DNA of 64,000 nucleotides from the human T2T-CHM13v2.0 reference genome, Homo sapiens. Numbering within the stretch: position 1 is the first letter of the stretch; each line of letters begins with the position of its first letter. The stretch is from NCBI RefSeq assembly GCF_009914755.1, contig NC_060926.1. One strand, 5' to 3'. This document shows positions 23,580-39,325 of this stretch, in pieces. The translations under genes and the position numbers were made by a program. The notes under the pieces are model-generated. The model had not been told where the DNA came from. It saw only the letters and a program-made list of their open reading frames with translations, and ran no database searches.

Positions 23580-24000
23580 TTCATGGAATACAGATTAGCA
23601 ACTCTTTAAAACAGTATTGCCAAGAGAAACAGGTAAGAGGCCCTCTGGAGAAATGTCAGAAATAGAAAATGTAATTGTTCAAATGTTAAAATCATCACTA
23701 GGCTAAGAAACAGAATGGACACAGCTGAAAATCAAAATCAGGGTCTGGAAGAGGAATTCCATAACTTGATGGAACAGAGTGATAGAAAATATGGAGGGAA
23801 AAAGACCGCAATGGGGTAACAAGATGAGACTAGAAAGAGTGAAAAGGAGGGAATAGTTGAAGAAGTGATAGCTGAAGTGTTTTCCAGAATCAATATTAAA
23901 CCCTAAGATTTCAACGATGCACTTGCATGTCAAACAGCAAATGAAAAATCATAAATGCATCACAGATGATAATACCCTGAAAGTTATTAATACAAGAAAA
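23580..24000 (+). mobile_element. Ancient L1 (ORF1-region) fragment
   Basis: Purine-rich, with degenerate L1 ORF1-like motifs (gaagaagtgatagctgaagtgttttccagaat). Confidence 0.4.
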
Positions 24001-24153
24001 CAGCATGGCAGGAGTAATCTAAACGTACTAAAATGGTAACTAGAATTGTGAGAGGTGGATTTTAAAATGTATGTGTGTGTTAAAACGTGTGTAGGTGTTA
24101 AAAGTGTCCATTCTTTTAATAACATTTTGCTGTAGCATTTAAGCAAATCATAG

Positions 24154-24548
<395 letters not shown>

Positions 24549-26186
24549 AAAAGTTGATTTTTAAATTAAATTTTATTCAAATGTTTTTTTCACATTTATT
24601 TTCCTTCTAATTCGTTACTGTCTTGTAAGGTTTTCATGGACCCTTGAAACCGTAGGAAATGTATGACAATTCTACACATCCTCTTCACCTGTTCTATTGA
24701 TAAACCTCCCAGCCTTTCAGTTCTTGCTCTCCCAATCCTCTCCTAGAGTTCATCCTAAGATCACACTTTCATAGCATTTCTCATATATCCTGTCTTTACT
24801 TCCTTCCCTTTTATTCATCCAACAACAACTTTACAGAGAACCAATTACATGGCAAGCATTATTCTAAACCCTAGGTAAGCAAAACTAGGATTTGTAGCAG
24901 CCCTTGTCGTTTACAGGTGTTAAGGAATGCAATTGTAATGTGATAGGAAAATATTCATTTCAGTTGTGAAACTACATGATGTTACTGAGAATGTATAAGA
25001 GTGCTAGTAAGAGCTCTAGGAAAGGCTTCCCCAGATGAAGTGACAGACTCCAAATATGAACAGAAATAGCTGATAGCTAGGGGAAGGAGGAGAATAGCAT
25101 GTACAATGGCCCAAGGGAACAGGACAAATTTGGGAACTGAACAGCTATGTACTGTAGAGTAAGGAAGCATGGTGAGAAAGAATCATGAGGGAGGAGCCAG
25201 CCTATGTAGATAGGGCTTTAAGGTGTTAAGAATATTCCTTCTCGAATGATTTAAAGGGATGGGGTGGGGAGCAGGTGTGACATTAGATTTGCATTTTGAG
25301 GAGGTCACTGCCTACAGTGATTAAAGGGAAAAATGGATTAAAAGTCTATTTCAGCAGTATAGATAAGAGATCATGTTGGACTGTGAGAGTAGTCGAAGGC
25401 ACAAAAGGAACTCAAACACATAAGATCATATTGACAACTTGGCAATTGGTTTAGACCAAGTTGGAGGAAGTGTGGGTGACAAAGACTGAGCTCTATGTTT
25501 CTGGCTTGCTTGTGTGGGTTATGGTGCTATTGTTCCTCCTCTTCCATCTATCTGAGACCTAATTTCAGAATTACAGAAAACTTGAAATAGAACAAAAAAT
25601 TTCTGTATACCCTTTTCTGAAATCCCCCAAATGTTAACATCGTATCACATTTGCTTTACCTCCTTCTTTCAGACCACAAATGAAATTTAGTTGCTGACAT
25701 GATGCCCCTTTAGCCCTAAATACATCAATGTGTATTTCTCAAAACAAAGGACATTCTCTTATGTAGCCATGCAGTTCAGTACCATTAGCTAATCTATAGA
25801 CCTTATTCAGATTTCACCAATATCTCTATAATGTTATTTACAGATAATTTCAACTATTCATTGCAGATGGCATTGCAGTTGTCAGATCTCATTAAGGTCT
25901 TATATCTGAAACAGTTCCACTGTCTTCCATAACTTTCATAACTTTGAACATTTTGGTAAGTATAAACCCTTAAATTGGTTTTGTCTGGTATTCCTCATGA
26001 TTAAACTAGTCATCCATTCACTTTTCAACCCACTACAGTTTGGCTTTTCTCTGCTTGTTGCCTGAAATCAGCAATGCCATTGTAAACTGCCAAATCTAAT
26101 GGACCATACAGGATAAATCCAAGCAAAGATCTGTCTACTGCCTTCACACAACTTACCCTACAGGAATGCCAAGTTATTTGTAGATA

Positions 26187-26489
26187 TTTGTTGTTGTTTG
26201 TTTGTTTTGAGATGAAGTCTCACTCTGTTACCCAGGCTGGAGTGCAGTGGCGCCATTTCGGCTCACTACACGTCTGCCTCCTGGGTTCAAGTGATTCTTG
26301 TGCCTCAGCCTCCCGAGTAGCTGGGACCACAGGTGTGCACCACCACCCTCAGCTAGCCTTTGTATTTTTAGTACAGACGGGGTTTCACCATGTTGCCAAG
26401 GCTGGTCTTAAACTCCTGACCTCAGGTGATCCACCTGCCTCAGCCTCCCAAAGTGGTAGGATTACAGGCGTGAGCCACTGTGCCTGGCC
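26187..26489 (-). mobile_element. AluSx-type
   Basis: cctcaggtgatcc diagnostic; ttattt(g/a)tagatattt flanks. Confidence 0.9.
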
Positions 26490-26569
26490 TTATTTATAGA
26501 TATTTGAATATATCATACTGTGTCATGTCTCCATGACAAGACATATGTTTGTTTTTGTTATTTAAAGAC

Positions 26570-26724
26570 TTGTTACTCAGTATGGGCCAACAGCATCTGA
26601 ATCACCTGGGACCTTGTTAGAAATGCAGAATTTCACGTCCCATTCCAGACTTACTAAATCAGACTCTGCATTCTAACAATATCCCCGAAGTAACTTGCTT
26701 ACATTTTAAAGTTTGAGAAGCACT
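26570..26724. mobile_element. MER5A
   Basis: gaatcacctggga.cttgttagaaatgcagaat...aaatcagactctgcatt...aagtttgagaagcact. Confidence 0.8.
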
Positions 26725-26901
26725 AATCTGGAACGCTCCACCCTTCTTTCTCTGTAAATTCCAATTAAGTAGTCGAAGCTGCACTTAGGCATCACCAACT
26801 TTCTGGAGTTCCTCTCCTTGCCCATTTCTCATCTCCCTGAACCTCTCTTTTTCTGCCTTCTAAGTAGTTACATACTCCTTATTTATATCTTCTTTATATA
26901 A

Positions 26902-27229
<328 letters not shown>

Positions 27230-27408
27230 TAATAGTTATTTGTGTCTTCCTCCATTACATTATAATTTTGACTTCCTGTAATTCACCTTTGATTCTTCAG
27301 CACTTAATAGTCTGCCTGGCACTAAGTGCTCAATAAATTCTGAACTCAAATCACTAACAGCAAAAGAAAAATTAATGACCAGCTATTTAAGACAGATATA
27401 TAGGATGA

Positions 27409-27766
<358 letters not shown>

Positions 27767-28264
27767 TGCCTTATTTTTTTTAAATCAAATAGTAGAACAA
27801 CATTAAAAGAAATATAATTATCTAATCTCTAATAGCATATATTTTCATATTTGCATACTCTTTCAGTCAATAACGTTTTATATTTCATATGTATTTCAAG
27901 TATGAAATCATAATTTTAATTAAATGCATACTTATATTTTTATCACATACTCTATTACTTTTTCAGATGGTTATATAACATTCCGTGATTAGAAACAATG
28001 TTCTTTAGCTATTTCCTAGCTATTGGCCATGATACTTATCATCATAATGATAATGCTATTAGAGACATTCTTAAAATAATCATCTTCATGGATGCATTTT
28101 TTTCCCTTTTGAAAACAATCTAGTCTCGGGACAAATTCCAACAAGTGAAATCGCATCATTAAAAGGTAACTGCACATAATACTTATATTTTTCTGTATTT
28201 CTTTAGGCTTTTCCCCCTAAGCATAGATAACTGTTCTTCATCCTTGGTGCCTTCATCTTTTTTC

Positions 28265-28680
28265 TCTTTAATTTTTACTGTGGAAAATTTTCAAATAAAC
28301 ACAAAGGAGACTAGAATAATGAACTCCCGTATACCTATCCTTCCGTCTCAGCAGTGAACAACTTATAACCAATCTTGTTTCATCTCTCCCACCAACATTT
28401 TTGCTAGAGTATTTAAAAGCAAATCCCAGACATGTCTTTTCATCTACATATATGTTAGTGTGAATCTCTAACAAACTGAAAAAGTACGTCTGGGTTTATG
28501 TAACCACAATGCATTATTACAAGTAGCAAAATTAACAATAATTCATTAATATCTAACAGCTAGTCCATGTTCAAATTTCTCTGTTTCAAAAATTATATGT
28601 GTGTCTATAAACAGCAGGCTTATTCAAATCAATCTCAACAAGGTCCATACATTGCATTTGATTGATATAACAATAAATAT
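28265..28680 (-). mobile_element. L1M 3' end fragment
   Basis: ttactgtggaaaattttcaaataaacacaaagg...aaagcaaatcccagacat L1MC/ME-type 3' UTR. Confidence 0.55.
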
Positions 28681-29479
28681 TTCTACACGACTATAATTTT
28701 ACCAGATATAGAAGTAAAATATTTTTATCCTTTTATATCACAACATTCTTTGATAAGTAGGTTTCCATCCTTATATGAACTTTTAAGATATTTTTTAAGG
28801 CTGTATATTCCACTGTAATGTATTTAACCATATCCCTATTATGCTTTTCAAGTTGTTGCTAATTTTTCATTATCACAAAAACATGTTAAGATGAATACAG
28901 TTGCGAAAAAAGCTTTCATATTTAGGATTAGACTAGATTCTTGGAAATGGAATAGTTGGGTCAGAATGCAGGGTTAACAGTCCAGTAAACATTTATTGGG
29001 AATAGGTACAAAATAAACAAGGGAGTTTTTAAGCCACACTGAACTTATAAAAAAATACGTAGTTTAAACGCCTTGTAATGCATTTTGCAGAGCTCCTCAA
29101 AAGGCTTGTATCAATTCTTAATATCCAAGATATTTGAGGGTGCTATTTTTACTATAGTTGTGCCAAAATTGATGATTATAATGTTTAAAATCATTAATGT
29201 TGCAGGCAAAAGTAGTAAATATTTGCATAGTGTCTGACTATAAGCTCAGTTAATATTATTTTCATTATTATCATCAAGTACACTTACTTTTTCTTGTTAT
29301 TCTTTTAAGACATTCATTTTTAACATTTAACTTTTTAATCCAACTGAAATGTATTTTAATGTTCATCCACCTTAAATTTGTTTTAAAGTGCTTTATGAGT
29401 TAGTGATATCAGTTTTTAATTCTTCCAAAGAGTCGTTATTTAATGCCTTTGATTACAAAGGAAACTTAGTTATATAGAG

Positions 29480-29660
29480 CATGGCTCCAAGCCAGACTGC
29501 TTGGGTTTGAATTCTGGCTCTTTTATTACTCAACTGTAATTTGGGGAAGATTAGTCAAGGAGAATAGTAATACCTACCTTATAGAATTATACAGACTTAA
29601 ATAATTAAGTAATATAAAGCCCTTCAATCAGTGCTGACATATAAATGATGCTTCATAAGA
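29480..29660 (+). mobile_element. MIR fragment
   Basis: gccagactgcttgggtttgaattctggctc core. Confidence 0.6.
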
Positions 29661-31130
29661 ATTTGTTGTTGTTGTCATTATTATTTATTGACTAAGCCAT
29701 TTTATCAACATGGTAGGAAATACCACCTTCTGTCTCTAGGCTTTTTTTAAGCTCCCTTGATCTGCCTTCTATCAGAACCACCATGTTTTAGTGATTATAA
29801 CTTCATAGTCCTGCTATTAATCTTCTAAAAATGTAATTGGCTATTCAACATTTTCTGTCTGAGATAAACTTCCAGAATAACTTCGTTCCAATAATACCTC
29901 TGATTCTGATTAGGATTATATTCTACTTGTAAATTAATTTGGGGAAAATTGACAACTTTAGTTATGATACTGTCTTCTGACAGGAACAGGATATTTCTCT
30001 CCATATAGGAATGTCCTCATGTTTCTCACTGAACTTTTGAAGTAGTCCTCATGTAGGTACTCGTTAAGTTTGATTAAAAATACTTTATATTTTCATTGTC
30101 AATATGTCTAACAGAATTTATTCCTTTACATAGGCTATCTAGTTACTATTGGTACTTATAAAAGCTGCTGATTTTTATAAATTTATTTTATAATAAGACC
30201 CCAGTTCTAACAGGTATTCATTTGACTCGAGTTTTTGAGGTAGATTATTTCATGTAGAAATAATTTATCTTAAATTTATATGACTTTTCTGATGTTTAGA
30301 TTTTAACTTTGTAGATAATCAAAATATGTTGTTTTCTTTCTTCTTCTAATTGCTTCCAAGCATAGAACTCACCCACATTTACAGAACTCATAAACATTTC
30401 ATTATAATTTCCTCAAGTTTTATTTTGTAGTTTTAATGTTTTATGTACAATTCTTGGAATTAACTAGAACTTATTCTGATTCATAGCATTAAATGAGTAT
30501 GTAAAAGAATTTTACTGGGAAAGACTCTCTCCATGAGAACCAATGGTTCTCCACTTTCCCACTAATATACAATTCTTCCCTGATATATAATCAACTATAG
30601 AGTTTACTTCATTGATCTATTTTCTTAAATATAAACAAAATAGATTCTACATTATTATAGATTTTTGTCATGTTTCCATATGTGCTTGGGCTAGATTTTC
30701 TCTAAACTTTTTATAATAATTCCTTTTATATTTTCCCCTGTTTAGTCTTCCCATTGTGCTTTAGAATTATTTTAAGTTAAACAAATTCTATGAGAACTTC
30801 GAGTTACATTACATTAATCATATGAACTATTAGGAAGAATTTATATATTTATTGATCTTACCATACAGAAATGCTGTTTCTCCACATTTATTTAAATTTT
30901 TATTATATTTATCAGTAATAGTTCATAATTACAATTCAATAGGTATCGCACATTTCATGTTAAGATTGTTCTTGTATTTTATGTGTACATGAGTTGTAAA
31001 AAGTGAGTATTAAAAATTAAGGATTTTCATGTATTCTTTTCTTAGATTTTATTTTTCTTAGAATGCAAAAATAGTAAGTATAAAGACATAAAAAGGCATA
31101 TAGAGTACAAGAACTGTAAATGTGACATAC

Positions 31131-31238
31131 CAGGTGATGGAGATATGATATATTCATCTACAAATTTATTTTCAGCAAGATTGCCTTTTATTTCAGTCTT
31201 TTTTAACAGTGTTTCAAAGTGAAAATGAAGAGGCACAT
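31131..31238 (-). CDS. KANSL1L: KANSL1L exon ((D)VPLHFHFETLLKKTEIKGNLAENKFVDEYIISPSP(V))
   Basis: ttttccag|AT and G|gtatgt; 108 nt, phase 1/1. Confidence 0.9.
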
Positions 31239-32137
31239 CTGGAAAAATAAAATAAAAAAGGTATTTTCAAATACCACTCTTTGTAATACTAGGATTACAG
31301 ATTGTAACATTAAAATTGCTTTCTTTCTATAAATAGCACATAAGCTTAAGAAAATAAGCAAAAGTTTGAGATGTAACAACTATCGGAAGTGACAAAATAC
31401 TCTTTCCAAGCATGTTGGTAGCAGTATTTTAGAAATTACTGGTTAGGTGCACTTAATCAACAAATTAAAAAGCTAACAGAGAAACAACTTCATGAACTTC
31501 CTAAAATAGTACATAAGATGAACAGTAATTATAAGTATTAATAAATACTATTCACAGATGAATGGAAACAAATATACCCAAGAAGTCTTTAAGAAAACCT
31601 ACACCCAAATCTGGCTGACTCTAAATCCATTCCATCCCATCCCTACAAACTTTGCATTTGAAATAATGAAGCTTCCAAAAAATTACATGCTTTTAACGTC
31701 TTGGGAGAAAACCACTATAAGTCAGATGCAACCTTTTATGAAAACATCAAAGTTCACATTCCCTTAATTTACCATATTATATATCACAATGAATATACTT
31801 TTATAAAGATTAAAACCTATTGACAAGCTAGTTTTGTTTTTAAATAGAGGCTTGGAGACTTTCAATTTACTATGTTTATATTCTGTACTCTCACAACCAA
31901 AGAGGAGTTAAGCAATGAAGTAGTTATGCTTCACATTTACTAAAGGTTTTTTCTTTCAGCCAAGAATGAAAAAACAAAATCATCTTAAAAAGCATTTATT
32001 AAGAGACACCTAACTTTTCCTTGAGAACATATTTTATAAAGCAGTTGATAATAGTGAAAATTTGGCTACTGAAAGAAGGTACTTTAAGGAAACTCATTTG
32101 AATACATAAATGAGGATAGACCCAGAAAGGGCCTAGA

Positions 32138-32452
32138 TTTTATTTTTTATTTGTTTTTATTCTTGAGACAGGGACTGGCTCTGTTGCCCAGGCTGGAGTG
32201 CAGTAGCATGATTCTGGCCCACTACATTCTCAATCTCCTGGGCGCAAGCAATCCTCCCACCTCAGCCTCTCAAGTAGCTGAGACTACGGGTGCACAACTC
32301 CATGCCTGGCTAATTAGAAAATTCTTTTCTTTAGAGACAAAGTCTTATTATGTTCCCAGACTGGTCTTGAACTCTTGAGCTCAAGCAGTCCTCCCACCTC
32401 AGCCTCCCAAAGTGTTGGGATTACAGGCATGAGCCACTGTGCCCACCTGGCT
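32138..32452 (-). mobile_element. AluJ-type
   Basis: Dimeric antisense Alu. Confidence 0.87.
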
Positions 32453-33837
32453 GGGTCTGGATTTTAAACAGAAAAAAATGATCTCTTCTTCAAATAATGT
32501 ATCTTAGTGGCAGATCCATACTCAGGTGTGGAAAAATATGCAAAACAAAAATTAGTTCATGAGTATCATCATGGAGTTTGTACCAAGGGACAGAGGTAAG
32601 ATGAGTTTGAATCTTGATATTATGATCATATGAAAATTAGGTGACAAAATGAAAATGGGAATAAAAACTAAATATTCTCCTTTAAAATGCTCCTTAAACA
32701 TTTCAGGATTCTGATATTTTCCAATTACCTGAACATAAATTTGTTGCATTTGTTTCTCCAAAGCAATATTATACTTATGAGGAGAGTATCACCAATTCTA
32801 CCACTGTTCTTTGCAATTTGTGGGAAAACATGATCTAACAAGAAAAGGTCCTTGTTCGGTCTATGTGCCTTTCTTAATACCCGCACGTGACCTGTCAGCT
32901 TTTGTAAAAATATTTCATTGCTTTGAAACATTACCTTTCAGTTGTTTTAAACTAGAATGCGAGTACCTTGAGGGATTTATTTGTATTTATACTCCTAGCA
33001 TTTATTTAGTACTTACATATAGTAGGTATTGAGATTTTTATTGAATGTAAGAAGGAATGGATATCATGAAATAGTAGATAAACAATCTAATCTCATTTAT
33101 TAGAGGGGGCATAAGAGTCTTAGGATAAAGAGTATTTATACCAGCTCTCAGGGTTATGTCATCAGAGAAATATATTTGCTAATAAGAAAACAGGCAGTAA
33201 AGTAATGGTGAGTAGTTTGGTTCTGGAGAATGACTACCTCAAATTCTGGCTCATCATTTATTAGCCGAGTAATCTTGGATGAGTAGTATCACGAAGCTTA
33301 GTTTTCTCATATGTAAGATGAACAGAACAAAGATATCTATTCTCATGGAGTTGTGGGAATTAAACAAGAAAATGTAATGTGCTTAATATATACAAGGCTC
33401 AGTATATGCTAAGACTAAATGTTAGCTACATTATTATTGTTATATGGATTATTATTTTATCATATTATTAAGGTTTCCTCAAATATAGAATAAAATAGTT
33501 CTTGTTAAAAACTTAAATCAAGGTAATGGTGTAGCTAAGAAACCACTCTACTACTGATAAAAACTAAATTGAGATTCAGGGCAGGGAGACAGGTTCAAAA
33601 CATAGTGCTTTACAAATAAATCAGTCCCTTGATTTTGAGAATTTAAAAGACCATCAGAACCATAAGCGGAAAATGGAACAAAAGCTAAGTTGAGATATCC
33701 CCCAGTAAAGAAGAACCGGAGATAACCAATGTGAGGGATGTTTTCTTTCTCCCCTAAATATTTACTTTAGTTCCAATATAGACAAGAGTGTAAAGGTTCC
33801 ACAAAAATCAAGAACTGAAAATTTAAAACCACCTAGA

Positions 33838-34125
33838 GTAATCCTAGCATTTTTGGGAGGTTGAGGTGGGAGGATCACTTGAGGCTAGAAGTTCAAGACC
33901 AGCCTGGGCAATATAGTGAGACCCCATCTCTACAAAAAAATTTAAAAATTAGCTGGGTATGGTGTCATGCACCCAAGTAGTTCCAGCTACTTGGGAGGCT
34001 GAGGTGGGAGGATTACTTGAGCCCAGGAGGTCAAGGCTGCAGTGAGCTATGTTCACGCCACTATACTCCAGCCTGTGCAACAGTGCAAGACCCTGTCTCA
34101 AAACAAAACAAAACAAAACAAAACA
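33838..34125 (+). mobile_element. AluJ-type, slightly 5'-truncated, with (CAAAA)n tail
   Basis: gtaatcctagc...gaccctgtctcaaaacaaaacaaaac. Confidence 0.88.
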
Positions 34126-34649
34126 CTTTAGAGATGTAAGGATGTATAAGCCTCATTTACTCAGTTATAAAGTACAGATACTCTTGAGGTTGACTATACT
34201 TATAGGTACGCAGTTTTCTTCCCTCTGCATTGAGAAATTCAATGCAGATTATAAATGGAGAAATATTTTATGACAGGGAAACCTCCATGTATAACAGCAC
34301 ATTAGAAAAAGAACACTGAATTACCATTACTCAGAAACATTTCAACAGCACAGCCATGTTACCAATAAAATGCTCAAAATTTAACAAGATAAAAACCTAG
34401 TAATTTCCCAAAGTAAATCAAGTTGGTTTAGAAGGAATTAAAGAATCAACTTACACAGATAGAACATTAACCGTGCATGTGACTAGATTAATTCCTCTAC
34501 AACAAATTTAATTGTCAAGGCATTGCTTAGTTCTAATATCTACTGAAAAAAAATTGATAAAATAAGATTTATTAGATTCTCTGTATTTAGAGGATTAGAT
34601 TTCAGTACAGAAAATATCGTTACTTAGAAATTGTTACAAGGAGGCTTAC

Positions 34650-34815
34650 CTGATGGCAATGATAGAACAGAATGGAAAGAGGAATCTAACTCTGATACAT
34701 GTTCTCTTAATAGGTAAGACTCCGAATTGTGTTCATAGCTACTCCAAGTTGAAGCTGATTGCAGGCAAGGCATTTGTGTAGTGTTTAAAAATGCTGTTTC
34801 TTTTGAAGGCAAAGT
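34650..34815 (-). CDS. KANSL1L: KANSL1L exon (TLPSKETAFLNTTQMPCLQS...DSSFHSVLSLPS(D))
   Basis: ccttgcag|ACT and G|gtaagc; 166 nt; HxVLSxPSD motif resembles KANSL1; the nine exons sum to 1209 nt = 403 codons. Confidence 0.9.
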
Positions 34816-35477
34816 CTGCAAGGAAAAACCGTATTAGAATATCACAGCCAAAGCATCCATAAATGGCATATCTCTACATTTATTTAGGTTATCTTTAAAT
34901 AAAATTTTCCAGTTCTACAAAAAGTTTTACAAATATTTTGCTAGATGTTTTCCCAATTAACTTTAATATTTATTAATTCAATCATAAAAGGGATGTAAAA
35001 ATATAATTAACTTTTATATATTGAATATTCTACAACTTTGCTATAAACTTTCTTTTTCTAATAATATATAGCTTCTTCTAGTCTTTGATTATCTAAACAT
35101 ACTAGCTGGGAATGATAACTGTAATTTTTTTCCTTCAATCCTACTAGTTTTTTTTTTAGGGAGTTCCAACCATGCTGGATGGGTTCACCAATTCAATAAT
35201 GAATAAAAATGATCAAAGGAGACATATGTGTTTTGTTCCTGATTGTAATGGGAATGCTTTTAATTTATCACAATAAGAATGATATGGATTGCAGGGTTTG
35301 TTTTTTTTTGGGGGGGGTATGGTTCTTTATCAGAATATATTCCTAGCTTGCCAAAAGAACTTGAAAAAAAATATATTAATGTTGAATTTAATCATATGCT
35401 TTTTTTGAACCTAATAAAATGATTACATGACTTTTCTTCTGTACTCTATTATAAAGTGACAAATTGCATTAACAGAT

Positions 35478-35780
<303 letters not shown>

Positions 35781-36622
35781 ACATTAACCGATTTTTAACA
35801 TGTCAAACCAAGCTAAGGTTATTCTTGAATAATCCTGCTAGGAGTTTATCAAGTTTATTAACCTCTTCAAGGAGCCAGTAACTGGACTTGTTCACTTTCT
35901 ATATTGTGTGCATGTTTTATATTTCATTGATTCCTACTTTGCTTTAAGATTAATCAAATATTTTCTTAAATTTTTCCCATCTCTTAATTTTAATTTATTT
36001 ATTCTTTTATTTTCTTTTAGTGGTTTCCATAGAGATTACAATGTGCATCCTTAGCCAGCTGGCCTTTACAGTATAATACAAATTATTCCTTTTACCATTT
36101 CCCTGGAAATACTAGGACATTAGAACTCCATTTACTCTCCTGTTTTTGCATTACCATTGTTAGGCATTTTAATTCTATATATATTTATGACCTCACAATA
36201 TATTGGTGTTATTGTTTGTATCATCAACATTCATGAATACCACCCATATATTTATCTCATCTCATTGCTCATAGCTCTTTCCTACAGTTCCCTACTTCCA
36301 TGTGGGATCATATTACTTCTCCCTTTGCTACTATCATAGTGTAGGTTTGCTTTCTCCGAATTCTCTCAGTTTTTACTTGTCTGAAACATTTGCATCTTAC
36401 CACTTTTAAAGATATTTTTATGAATACAGAATTCTGGGTTGGCTATTTTTTTTCAGTACTTTAAGGATACTTTCATTCTTCTGGTTCTCATTATTTCTGG
36501 TGATTAGTTAGCTCTAGGTTTTATTACTGCCCCCACTTGAAAGCAATGTGCCTTTTTTGCTCTGGCTGCTTTTAATATTTTCTCTGTGTCTTTACTTTTT
36601 TAGCAGGCTTACCATAAGATTC

Positions 36623-38330
36623 TGTCTTGGTCCATTCAGACTGCTATGACAAAATACCATAGACTAGGTAAATAATAGAAATTTACTTCTCACAGTTCTG
36701 GGGACTAAAAAGTACTAGATCAAAGTGCTGGCAGATTTAGTGTCTGACAAAGGTCTACTTTCTCACTGATAAGATGGCTGTAACCTCAAATGATGGAAGG
36801 AAGAGCTTTCTGGGGTTCCTTTTATAAGGGCACTAATTCCATTAATGACCTCATGACCTATTAACTTCCCAAAGGCCCTATCCAAATAACATCACATTGG
36901 GAATTAGGTTTCTACATATGAGTTTTGGGGGAGACTCATTCAGTCTATAGCATTGCATCCAAGCCCCCCAAAATACATGTCCTTCTCACATGCAAAATAT
37001 TTCATTCCATCCCAGCAGCCCAAAAATCTTAACTCATTCCAGCATCAACTAAAAAATTCCAAAGTCCAAAATCTCATCTAAATATCATCTAAATCAGATA
37101 TGGGTGAGACTCAAGGTGTACAATTCATCCTGAGGCTGTGAACCTCTAAAACCAACATATTACATGCTTCCAAAATACTATGGTGGGAGAGGCATAGGAT
37201 AGATATTCCTATTCCAAAATAAAGGAATAGGAAAGAAGAAAGAAATGACAGGTTTTGAGCAAACCAACCCAACACGGCAAATTCCATTAAACCTGAAGGC
37301 TCCAGAATAACCTTCTTCTGCTTGATGCTTTGCCTTCCAGACCCAGTAGGCTATGGTCCCATCTCCACAGCTATTGGCTGCAGTCCCAAGCTTGTGGCTC
37401 TTCCAGGTGGTTATTCTGCCTCTGCCATTCAAGGTGACTTGGGGTCAAGGGCCTGTGGCTCTCCTAGGCTAGAATCATGCATGAGTGGCTTTGCCACACA
37501 TAGCCTAAGCCATGGCTCCCTAAGTGTTGGCAGAGACTGTGTAGACACCACCAAAATCTACCACCTGTGCTGCCTACAGGGTTGGCCATCACAGCCTAAA
37601 CTATATCAGGCCCACCAGAGCCACACTTTAGAGAAGCCAGTGGTGGGGAGCAGAACCCATAATGTACGGTTCTATTGGGCAGTGCATGCTGAGAGGTCTC
37701 ACAGGCTCAGGTGGCTCCATATTTGAAACTTCTTTGCCCGAAGGGACTTTGCACTCTGGGCCTATGCTGGGAGGGGCAGCCTCCATTATCTCTAAATTGC
37801 CTTCAGGGCCATTCTTCTATTGTCTTCTATTGTCTTGGAGAATATCTCCTGGCTTCTGTAGAGAGGGCTGATTGATACTAATCTCTTTATCAAAAGGCTC
37901 CTTGGCCATACCCTCAGTGTTTTCTCCAAAGCAGGCTTTCTCTTTCTTTACAATATGAATAGGCTAAGACTTTTGTAAATCTTTTAAGTTCTGCTTTCTT
38001 TTTGATTAACAGTTCCTCTTGTAGTCATTTCTTCTGGCACTCTATCATAAGCAGTCAGAAGGAGGAACCAGGTTGGTCCTTCAGCAATTTTCTAAGAGAT
38101 TTTTTCAGCCAAATAACCAATTTCATTGCTTGCAATTTCTACCTTCCACAAGACACTAGAACATGAATACAATTTCACCAAGCTCTTTGCCACTTTATAA
38201 CAAGGATCACTTTTCCTCTAGTTTCCAATAACATGTTCCTCATTTCCATCTGAGGTTTTATCAGAATGGCTTTAATGTCTGTATTTCTACTAACACTCTG
38301 TTCAGGATTATTTAGGCATTCTCTAAATAA
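36623..38330 (-). mobile_element. MLT1A-like MaLR LTR (36623-36952) with adjoining internal sequence, truncated
   Basis: tgtcttggtccattcagactgctatgacaaaataccatagact...cagtctatagca, then MaLR-int motifs (aatcttaactcattccagcatcaac; ccactttataacaaggat). Confidence 0.75.
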
Positions 38331-39270
38331 AATGCATTTAAAGGCATTCCTTTTAAATAATCATTTAATAGTTTTTCCCATCTAAATCCAGTATCAGAAT
38401 CACTTGAGTATCTGTCTCTATTGTCTGTTTTTCCTCTTGAATTTTGGTCATGTAGTCCTTTTCACCATGCTTACTAATCTTTGATTCAATGACAGATGGT
38501 ATGTTTTAAAAACCACATAGGTTCCAAAGGATGCGATCTTTCTCTAGTGGGGGTTCTCTATCCCCACTACTAGCTAGATAAAATAGAGACTTCTCTCCTT
38601 AATCTGAGAGTATGAGCAGTTAAATCTGGGTTGCAGCCCTAGTATGATTCATACATATGATTTGCCCCTCAAGGTTTTCAACCAAATATTTGATTTATTT
38701 TATAGAATTATCCCCAGTCATCCAGACCTCTAATCTTAAGAGTATACTGAACAATGCCACCCTGCTTATAAGGGACTTTTGCCATTTATGTGTTAAGCAT
38801 CCTGCTCTGTGCAGCCTCAGTATTCATCAAATGTTCTGAGGAAAACATTGGTCAAAAATGCTCTGAAGTGAAAACTGGCCATGTGCTTCATGCCTCCTAA
38901 AACATCACCAAAAGCATCCCCATAACTATCATTACTGGCATTTGCATCCAATTTAAAAATTCCTGCCAGAGCTTCAGGGTAATAGTGGTTGCAGAAGCCA
39001 GCTTCTGGAGACCTAAGTTAGACTTTCTCCTCTAACCTTTATTTTTATTAATTCTTTTTTCATGTTTTCCATTTATTATTTCTCTCTGTGCTGTCTTTTG
39101 TGTAATTTTATTAAGCTTGATCTTTCAACGCAATTCTGTCTTTAGCTCTGTCTATACCCTTTTTAATCATATTAGCAATTTTCTGATGTATTTTCCTTAA
39201 AAAAAATTAAACTTACTTATTTTTACATTTTGTATGGATAATTCTAATATTTGAAGTTATTTTGTAGGAA

Positions 39271-39325
39271 TATGTGTGTGTATATATGTGTGTATATATA
39301 TATACACACACACATACATATACAC
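39271..39325. repeat. (TG/TA/CA)n microsatellite
   Basis: tatgtgtgtgtatatatgtgtgtatatatatatacacacacacatacatataca. Confidence 0.8.

Noticed and set aside
37178-37871. 134-aa and neighbouring ORFs
   Set aside because: They lie inside the decayed MaLR internal sequence
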